Assembly: GCA_964354495.1 (NCBI GenBank)
Contig: CAYHAA010000036.1
Coordinates: forward strand, 1 to 9,790
DNA length: 9,790 nt
DNA from: an uncultured archaeon
Lineage (GTDB): Archaea; Asgardarchaeota; Thorarchaeia; Thorarchaeales; Thorarchaeaceae
Direction of reading: 5' to 3'
The notes beneath the pieces were generated by a model that had not been told where the DNA came from, searched no databases, and saw nothing but the letters and a program-made list of their open reading frames with translations. Both the position numbers and the translations under genes were made by a program. Of this stretch, positions 1-5,638 are shown piece after piece (position 1 is the first letter of the stretch; each line of letters begins with the position of its first letter).

Positions 1-53
1 ATCATCTAAGGGATGTCCAACTCTGTCCAAGTTTTCAGCAGCTGTTGCATACC

Positions 54-182
54 CTAGCTTCCGCTCTGCCACCATCTCCACGTGACATAGATTCCTCCCA
101 GAACAGGAAGCATGCCAAAGAATATCGTGACCATCAACAACTCCAAGGAATCTAGACCAACGTAGACAGTCAAAAAGGGCAT
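54..182 (-). CDS. Possible 42-aa single-pass membrane peptide, or 3' remnant of a truncated membrane-protein gene
   Basis: Manual translation MPFLTVYVGLDSLELLMVTIFFGMLPVLGGIYVTWRWWQSGS*, a hydrophobic stretch followed by WRWW. It is below the ORF-track cutoff and its ATG overlaps the ATG of the opposite-strand ORF at 181. Confidence 0.3.
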   Translation of the reverse strand: MPFLTVYVGLDSLELLMVTIFFGMLPVLGGIYVTWRWWQSGS

Positions 183-864
183 GAGTATCAATACACCCTC
201 GGGAGATCGTACATTATTGAACTATGGTTTACCAAAGGAAACTGAGAATTGGTCAAAGGAATCAATTATTGCTTACTTACAGGATATGATCTCTCAAGAA
301 GGCCATATTGCAGAGGGAAAAATCAGGTGGGAGCGATCGAATGCACTGAACCCCGGTCAGAAATCTGATGGTTATGATTTGCAACCACAGCTTACTCAAC
401 CAGAGATTGAATTACTCGTAAACAAAGGTCATCATTATCCTGGTGATTATGACGGAGAAAAGACGCTGCGTTGGAACAGAATCAAGGAGTTAACTCATCA
501 TGAAAACCCCAAAATCGCGGAAACTGCAAAAGAATTCTGCAACGTAATCAATGAGAATAGAAACCGTCTGATGGATGATGAAAAAAAGATTGCGAATAGA
601 CTAGGTATTCATCTTGAAGTTAATCCCGAAGAAATGGCAATCTATAGAAGTGGCCGCATATCCGTGAAATGGGAAGCTAGGACAAATGATACAAAATCGA
701 TGATTCGGTGGGCATTAGTATGTTCTCCAAATCATCCGGAAAAAGAAGTGGCTCTTAATAAGTGGCTAGCGAAACGTGATGATGAAGAAGTTCAACAAGT
801 CATTAGCGACTTGCAGAATGAAGGGGTCAATGTATCCAACAACTGGAGGGAAGACATTCAATGA
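181..864 (+). CDS. LAGLIDADG-like (DOD homing-endonuclease fold) protein, single C-terminal-type domain with a large insertion, probably N-terminally truncated
   Basis: YGLPKETENWSKESIIAYLQDMISQEGHI matches the IP..I....E...AFL.GLFDAEG.V pattern of the second LAGLIDADG motif, with the acidic residue retained. LMDDEKKIANRLGIHLEV matches the LL..V..LL.RLGI...I helix, and WALVCSPNHPEK resembles the F...IGF.HP.K tail. An in-frame stop at 163-165 prevents upstream extension. Recognised by eye. Confidence 0.6.
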   Translation: MSINTPSGDRTLLNYGLPKETENWSKESIIAYLQDMISQEGHIAEGKIRWERSNALNPGQKSDGYDLQPQLTQPEIELLVNKGHHYPGDYDGEKTLRWNRIKELTHHENPKIAETAKEFCNVINENRNRLMDDEKKIANRLGIHLEVNPEEMAIYRSGRISVKWEARTNDTKSMIRWALVCSPNHPEKEVALNKWLAKRDDEEVQQVISDLQNEGVNVSNNWREDIQ

Positions 865-1163
865 GAAGAAACAATGAATCAGACAGTGCCGAGGAAGAGA
901 TTCATCAAATGGACCGGAGGAAGGGGCGAGTTCGTCAACATGTCATTCTGATTGCCGATCTTAGTGCTCTCATTGTGAAAGAGCTGAGAATGACTTCTGG
1001 TGGCATGCTCAAAACTGATATCATCAAACGATTTGCAGACTATTCGACCGAGCAAATAGAAGACGCTCTGGAGAGTGCCATAGAGGACGAATACATTGAG
1101 GTTGAAACCCGAGAGAGCGGTGTTCGCTGGTATCACTCTGTCTGCTTTGACGAACCAGAATGA
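861..1163 (+). CDS. Small winged-helix-like hypothetical protein (100 aa)
   Basis: ATGA overlap with the upstream stop suggests translational coupling. The C-terminal 65 aa show helix-helix-helix plus a beta-hairpin pattern (LIVKELRMTSGGMLKTDIIKRFADYSTEQIEDALESAIEDEYIEVETRESGVRWY). Confidence 0.55.
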   Translation: MRRNNESDSAEEEIHQMDRRKGRVRQHVILIADLSALIVKELRMTSGGMLKTDIIKRFADYSTEQIEDALESAIEDEYIEVETRESGVRWYHSVCFDEPE

Positions 1164-1189
1164 GCCAAGGAATATTAACTATGATTAAG

Positions 1190-1328
1190 TGGTAGCGGGT
1201 AGTGGATTTTTTGGCCGAATTATGGAAGTCATGATTCGCGAACCACCGGTCTCAGGGTTATGAGCCCTGCGGGATAGGCTTCGCCCATGGGCGGAGAATC
1301 CGCTCTAGACTGGCTTCCCCAACCCGCT
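1190..1328 (-). tRNA. Initiator tRNA-Met (CAT) with two 30-nt introns (1280-1309 at position 18/19; 1210-1239 at 56/57) and encoded CCA
   Basis: Removing both inserts gives AGCGGGT TG GGGA AGCCAGGCCTA TCCC G CAGGG CTCATAA CCCTG AGACC GGTGG TTCAAAT CCACT ACCCGCT A CCA, a full cloverleaf. The A1-U72 pair and three consecutive G-C pairs in the anticodon stem are archaeal initiator hallmarks. Confidence 0.93.
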
Positions 1329-1417
1329 TTACTTAAGCGATTGTTTTAGCAAACATAGGCGTGTGGTCCAGAAGGGCCTCTGCCAGCGTTGCTTAGACGG
1401 GGAACGGCTGTGGCGGG

Positions 1418-1432
1418 TATTAAAGTTATTCG
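1418..1432 (-). promoter_or_regulatory. Candidate BRE/TATA for the tRNA-iMet gene
   Basis: Minus strand reads cgaataac-TTTAATA about 90 nt upstream of the tRNA 5' end. It also reads TATTAAAG on the plus strand, so it could be bidirectional. Confidence 0.4.
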
Positions 1433-1490
1433 TAGGGCAGGTCTGTAGACACTCTTATCTGGCTGCGGGATATAGACATGGTGAGTGGAG

Positions 1491-2078
1491 ATGGGAGATT
1501 CGAGGTTACTCACACGGTTCCGCGAGTTCTGTATGGCCTATGGGGCCAAGTATGCTTTCGAAGGCGTTGTCGAGTGCCTACAGTCATTGAAGCCTGTTGA
1601 GCCGGAGCGCCTCCCCCGGGGTATGCTTGTTCAGAGTGCAGCGGGTTCAAGATTCGTTCAATTCGAGTCTGAGCGAGTGCCTCCTGTGGCCATCGGAGAT
1701 ACGGTCATAGTGGTAGGACTCGATGGATGGCGAGGCGAGAACAGTGTTCTTCCTGCAGTGCTCCTCAATCCAGCTGAGAGATATGCATGGTTCCTCAGAG
1801 ATCTTCGGCATAGAACGACCTGTAACATGGCACTCTGGAACACATCTGTGATCTTTGCTATTGCTTTTGGTATATTCCTAATAGCTAAACAGATTCAGCC
1901 GCTACGAGAGATTTGGAGCTATATTCTCTCCTTGCTGTTCCTTATAGTAGCCTTCTTCGCCGAGCCCTCTGTTCTGCGGTACAATGAACGACCTAGGTTG
2001 TATCACTGTGATGAGAAGACATGGCATGTCCTCACAGCTGAGGTAGCAGAGAGATTCGGCATCAAGGCTTCAGTATGA
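1491..2078 (+). CDS. Hypothetical membrane protein: OB-fold-like N-domain, 2 TM helices, short C-domain (paralog 1)
   Basis: ORF-track start is GTG 1485. ATG 1491 is preferred because GGTGA (SD-like) lies upstream and MGDS aligns with MGES of the paralog. It has an OB-type AIGDTVIVVG strand and two hydrophobic segments. Confidence 0.75.
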   Translation: MGDSRLLTRFREFCMAYGAKYAFEGVVECLQSLKPVEPERLPRGMLVQSAAGSRFVQFESERVPPVAIGDTVIVVGLDGWRGENSVLPAVLLNPAERYAWFLRDLRHRTTCNMALWNTSVIFAIAFGIFLIAKQIQPLREIWSYILSLLFLIVAFFAEPSVLRYNERPRLYHCDEKTWHVLTAEVAERFGIKASV

Positions 2079-2158
2079 GACCGACAGTATTGGAGGTGTA
2101 GGGGATCTAAACCGGCAAGTCTTATTCAGGGAAACGAGATAACACCACATGATAGGAA

Positions 2159-2794
2159 TTGGGAGAATCAAGTCAAATCGAGAAGATGCTGAAGAAGATT
2201 GAGCGGACGCTTGACAAGTGCGAAACAGAGCACATCTTCAGGGGGACCATCTTTGAGTTTGACACTGTAGGTTCGGTCCCAAAGGAGCGGCTCATTAAGG
2301 GCATTCTTGTTGACGGAAAAGAGGGGATGCGCCGAGTCGATTACTCTGACTCTCTAGGAGGGCAATCAATCGTGAATGCTTCTTCTCTGAATGTTGGAGA
2401 TCCCGTTGTCATCTTGGGAGCACAGCATCCACAGAGAGTGACTGCCACACTTCCCCTGCTCATTGTGCACCCCAGGGAACAGACACTGCTGTTTGCCCGA
2501 GAGCCTGAGAGTCATCAATGGGGCGGAGTAGGCGACACTGTACAGGCTGCATTATGGGTGATTCTTGGATTCATATCTGCCTCTATCGTCCTGATTTCCC
2601 TTTTGCCAACATTCTGGAATTATTGGGTGCTCCTATTCACGCTATGCATAGCAGCGGTTGCAATGTTGTTCCTTATCTTTGGAATTGAACAATACCGCCA
2701 TCATACACAGCGAGCACGAGCAGTATGTTTCGACTTGCAGGGCTGGGAGCATGTAGTCAATATAATCAATAGCCGCTTCCATCTAGAGAGATAG
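2159..2794 (+). CDS. Hypothetical membrane protein: OB-fold-like N-domain, 2 TM helices, short C-domain (paralog 2)
   Basis: TTG start. It shares F.G, ERL..G.LV....G.R.V, GD.V...G, LP.....P.E....F.R and a C-terminal R.R....D...W........RF with the 1491-2078 protein. Confidence 0.75.
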   Translation: MGESSQIEKMLKKIERTLDKCETEHIFRGTIFEFDTVGSVPKERLIKGILVDGKEGMRRVDYSDSLGGQSIVNASSLNVGDPVVILGAQHPQRVTATLPLLIVHPREQTLLFAREPESHQWGGVGDTVQAALWVILGFISASIVLISLLPTFWNYWVLLFTLCIAAVAMLFLIFGIEQYRHHTQRARAVCFDLQGWEHVVNIINSRFHLER

Positions 2795-2873
2795 ATTAAA
2801 TGCAACATTTACGAATCATTCATGAAGCATTATAGCCACACTTCCGGAACGAAACTTCAGAAGTGAGAGAATC

Positions 2874-3257
2874 ATGAGAGGTAGAAGAAGAGACCCGGGT
2901 CGAAGATCCGGGGGAGTCAGGAGGCCGTTTCTTCATGCTCCACGTCCCCTTAGAAGACGTATTGCTCGACAACTGGTGCGCCTCAGCGTAGGTTCCTCGC
3001 TCCTATACATGATTGCAGGCACAGACAAGGCAGTGAAGCTCAAGCCTGATGATGCACTGAGCATAGAGGACGAGACTGGAAAGCCGATTACAGAGATGGA
3101 TGAAACCGAGCTTGTTGCAACCATGCAGCGGCTCGGAATCAAGAGCATATCGCTCACTGATGAGGAGAAAAGGACCGTGCTTCTCTCCTGTCCCTACTGT
3201 GGCCACAGGAATGAAGAAGATGTCCGAAAATGCGAGAACTGCGGTGCGAGCATCTAG
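2874..3257 (+). CDS. Hypothetical protein with Arg-rich N-terminus, small helical domain and C-terminal zinc ribbon
   Basis: CPYC-x10-CENC at the C-terminus and an acidic helical core (KLKPDDALSIEDETGKPITEMDETELVATMQRLGI). The start could alternatively be the internal Met at about 3009. Confidence 0.7.
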   Translation: MRGRRRDPGRRSGGVRRPFLHAPRPLRRRIARQLVRLSVGSSLLYMIAGTDKAVKLKPDDALSIEDETGKPITEMDETELVATMQRLGIKSISLTDEEKRTVLLSCPYCGHRNEEDVRKCENCGASI

Positions 3258-3399
3258 GCTAGCTGCACGACTCGCATCCTGTCTATTCGTGTTCATATGG
3301 GCTGAAAAGGAACGGAGCAGTTCTTAGTGGTTGTTCATCGAGTGATACACACATTGTTCTATCATGCGAATAGAACTCTACCAACGGAGAACGTGCACA

Positions 3400-3657
3400 A
3401 TGATTATCGAGGTTTCGCTCCTGATTGCTATCTACGCCATCTGGATAGTCCTGCTCGTGAACGTGATGGTATCAAGCGAGGAGGTTTCTCTCACGATTGC
3501 GACGCTACCCTTCATCGTGACCTTTCCAATCACGCTCATTCTCTCATCAATCTTGGAGATCACTAGGCCCGGCGCGTTCTTGGCTGACATTCTCCTGACG
3601 ATGGTCGTTGGCGTACTTCTCTTCATCAGATGGGTGATGGCCATTGTAGGCGAATAG
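3400..3657 (+). CDS. Small hypothetical membrane protein, about 3 TM helices (85 aa)
   Basis: Almost entirely hydrophobic from Met at 3400 (MIIEVSLLIAIYAIWIVLLV...). The ORF-track start at 3364 adds a polar 12-aa extension lying over an inverted repeat. Confidence 0.7.
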   Translation: MIIEVSLLIAIYAIWIVLLVNVMVSSEEVSLTIATLPFIVTFPITLILSSILEITRPGAFLADILLTMVVGVLLFIRWVMAIVGE

Positions 3658-3672
3658 GCTGACCGCTGTAGG

Positions 3673-3679
3673 AAAAAAA
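3673..3679 (-). terminator. Oligo-T terminator candidate after rps27ae
   Basis: T7 tract on the minus strand about 37 nt after the rps27ae stop, between convergent genes. Oligo-T termination is established in archaea. Confidence 0.5.
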
Positions 3680-3715
3680 GAATGACATGTGACGAGATAT
3701 AGAAGGAATACGTTA

Positions 3716-3877
3716 TTAGTCCTTACGCTTGAACTCGGAATATCCACAGCGACCGCAAGCATATCGATTGAAGTGCTCTGCCATGAAGGTGCCCTTCTCG
3801 CAACGGGGGCATGACCTCTTGTTGGTTGTCACCTTTCCAGCCTTGTCGACCTTATACATGGTGTGTGCCTGTGGCAT
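3716..3877 (-). CDS. rps27ae: 30S ribosomal protein eS31 (S27ae), 53 aa; absent from the ORF track
   Basis: Manual translation [53 protein letters not shown], with CPRC/CGRC zinc knuckles and the FMAEH motif. TAATG overlap with the rps24e stop. Confidence 0.97.
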   Translation of the reverse strand: MPQAHTMYKVDKAGKVTTNKRSCPRCEKGTFMAEHFNRYACGRCGYSEFKRKD

Positions 3878-4188
3878 TACTCTTCGCTCTCCTTGTTCTT
3901 CTGCCTTGGTTCATGACGCTTAATGATATAGTTGAGTTCAATCCGGTTCATCTGCTCGGGAGTGGCATATACCCTTGCAGAGCCGCTAGTTATTCCAATT
4001 CCATACTTTGTTTTGAGCTTCTTGATCACAACAGCTGCGGCGTCCGCATTATATTGTGCTGAGATTTTCGCACGGATGTCAGCCCTACTCGGGGTAGTTG
4101 CACCTACGTGTTCTATGCTGAACTCTATCTCCTTTCGTGCGAGGAGCTTGTTTTCCTTCTCCTTTAGAATCTCTACTTTCATTGGCAT
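3877..4188 (-). CDS. rps24e: 30S ribosomal protein eS24
   Basis: [16 protein letters not shown] and YGIG...G.ARVY motifs, and a canonical position before rps27ae. The start could be GTG 4191, ATG 4188 or ATG 4182. Confidence 0.96.
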   Translation of the reverse strand: MPMKVEILKEKENKLLARKEIEFSIEHVGATTPSRADIRAKISAQYNADAAAVVIKKLKTKYGIGITSGSARVYATPEQMNRIELNYIIKRHEPRQKNKESEE

Positions 4189-4247
4189 CACTTACTGAGA
4201 ATCAGACCACATCAGCTGTGGGGTCAGCCAGCCGACTTGGAGTTGTC

Positions 4248-4262
4248 TAATAAATCTTTCAC
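4248..4262 (-). promoter_or_regulatory. BRE/TATA candidate for rps24e-rps27ae
   Basis: gtgaaaga-TTTATTA on the minus strand, about 60 nt upstream of the rps24e start. Confidence 0.55.
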
Positions 4263-4270
4263 CAGTGACA

Positions 4271-4474
4271 CTAGCGAACTTTCAATGCGTACTTGCCTGG
4301 CTTGTCAATATTGAGTCGCGAGGCCACATAGGAGTCTTTTCTGGGGTCGTCATGTAGGCTCTTTCCTGGAAGAATGACTACAATCCCCGTATATGAAGTA
4401 GACAGACTAGTACTCTTGCAGTTGGGGCACATACTCTCACTTGTGAGGTAGTGACAGGCTCGACACGCTTTCAT
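4271..4474 (-). CDS. spt4: Transcription elongation factor Spt4 (RpoE''), 67 aa
   Basis: KACRAC...CPNC zinc site and the C-terminal PGKYALKVR signature. The true start is ATG 4474; the ORF-track extension to 4537 lies inside rpoE1. Confidence 0.95.
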   Translation of the reverse strand: MKACRACHYLTSESMCPNCKSTSLSTSYTGIVVILPGKSLHDDPRKDSYVASRLNIDKPGKYALKVR

Positions 4475-4499
4475 CTTTGCTATTTCATTTCCCTCCCAG

Positions 4500-5099
4500 C
4501 TACTTCTTCTTCTTCTCTTTCTCCTTCTTGGGTTCACCGCGGGCAGCCTTCACATCATCCTCTACCCATGACTGGTCTGGTCCAATCTTCCCAAGGAACG
4601 GTTGTCTCATAGTGAGTCCCAGTTTTCCTGATTTATTGCCAGACTCGAAGCTGATTGATGTGACTCTGGCACGAACCATGTCGCCCTCTGCGAGCATGCG
4701 TCCTGTTTCCTTTCCAAGAAGTGCACTCCCCTTTGTGTCCTGAGTGATGAAGTCATCACATATCTGACTCACATGACATAGACCGTCCAGTGGGCCCATT
4801 CGAATGAATGCCCCAAAGTCCATGAGCTCGACGACGTTACCCTCTACAAGCTCTCCTCGGAGAGGCTTGAACGTAAGCACGCGATAGGTCACCGCATGGT
4901 ACGTTGCCCCATCACCGGGAATCAGGCGACCCTGCCCAATCTCATCTATCCCTATTACGGCAATCATCAGGCCAACATCTCGATCCAGGACATTCTCATG
5001 CTGTTTCCGCAAGTGAATCATCGCTGCATCCTCTATGGGTGACCCGAATTGTGCTGGTGGAATACGTACGACATCTTTCACTGTCACTATACTGTACAA
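4500..5099 (-). CDS. rpoE1: DNA-directed RNA polymerase subunit Rpo7 (RpoE')
   Basis: VRIPP, GDGA, GE.VEG.V and the S1-domain FGAFIRMGPLDGLCHVSQI and KLGLTMRQPFLGK motifs. TTG start with GAGGAG 9 nt upstream. Confidence 0.97.
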   Translation of the reverse strand: MYSIVTVKDVVRIPPAQFGSPIEDAAMIHLRKQHENVLDRDVGLMIAVIGIDEIGQGRLIPGDGATYHAVTYRVLTFKPLRGELVEGNVVELMDFGAFIRMGPLDGLCHVSQICDDFITQDTKGSALLGKETGRMLAEGDMVRARVTSISFESGNKSGKLGLTMRQPFLGKIGPDQSWVEDDVKAARGEPKKEKEKKKK

Positions 5100-5208
5100 C
5101 TTAAGACGCTCCTCGCCTGACAGAATAATTCTTCTCAGAACACTTCAGACTCAGGGATGTGCCCAAGGGTCTGAACCAGACGGCTCAGCGGCTCATCGCT
5201 TTGTAAAC

Positions 5209-5222
5209 CATAAAAACGTTGT
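5209..5222 (-). promoter_or_regulatory. BRE/TATA candidate for rpoE1-spt4
   Basis: acaacg-TTTTTATG on the minus strand just after the PIN-gene stop, implying a leader of roughly 85 nt. Confidence 0.5.
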
Positions 5223-5230
5223 GACACGGC

Positions 5231-5635
5231 TCACGGAATGAATCCAATCAGTTGAAGCTGCTTCCTGCCTCTGAGGTAGAGCACAGGAGTTCTTTGGGAG
5301 AGCGCACGCTCCTTGAGTTTCCTATCATTTGTTGCAATGACGCCGCCTGAGGTGATCGCATATCTCAAGATCTCATCGTCCACAGGTATGCCTTTTCCTG
5401 GTTCTCCTGGCTCAACAACTCGGCATCTCTGCACAAGATCCAAGGCTATCTTGAACCTGTGACTTCCTGCTCTGGTTTCATGTACAAGATTTCTCTTGAG
5501 TTCGCTCACAACAGACTGAAGCACCACGAACTCAATGTTTCTCTCAAGAATCCTCTCTGTTTCGGCAAAAATATCCACACCAAACTGGCCAGGCACAGTC
5601 AGCATATTGGTATCAAGAACAACGATGAGAGGCAC
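5231..5635 (-). CDS. PIN-domain ribonuclease, Fcf1/Utp24-like archaeal family
   Basis: VVLDTNML..P.QF.VDIF, VVSEL, VDDEI and IATNDRKLK motifs with acidic catalytic residues intact. Conserved position after aIF2-gamma; GTG start. Confidence 0.92.
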   Translation of the reverse strand: MPLIVVLDTNMLTVPGQFGVDIFAETERILERNIEFVVLQSVVSELKRNLVHETRAGSHRFKIALDLVQRCRVVEPGEPGKGIPVDDEILRYAITSGGVIATNDRKLKERALSQRTPVLYLRGRKQLQLIGFIP

Positions 5636-5638
5636 TAC

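Noticed and set aside
1410-1419. GTGGCGGGTA, 9/10 similar to the tRNA 3' end, as a possible att site
   Set aside because: Too short, and on the 5' side of the tRNA rather than at a distal island boundary.
879-3762. Remaining short overlapping ORFs (879-1136, 1363-1590, 1658-1843, 2933-3157, 3003-3296, 3100-3327, 3327-3566, 3432-3644, 3547-3762)
   Set aside because: Each overlaps a better-supported gene and lacks protein-like motifs.
4500-4535. NLS-like tail PKKEKEKKKK on Rpo7
   Set aside because: Lys/Glu-rich tails are common on archaeal Rpo7, so there is no evidence of a targeting role.
4475-4537. Arg-rich N-terminal extension of Spt4 in the ORF track (MNPRRRKRRRR...)
   Set aside because: Alternate-frame reading of the Lys-rich rpoE1 tail. 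The Spt4 homology begins at ATG 4474.
5100-5200. Box C/D sRNA interpretation of the rpoE1 leader (GCGATGA plus several CTGA)
   Set aside because: The C box is imperfect and the spacing does not give two 10-12 nt guides. Retained only as a generic structured leader.
3729-5241. Plus-strand ORFs opposite rps27ae, rps24e, spt4 and rpoE1
   Set aside because: Shadow ORFs over well-supported minus-strand genes.
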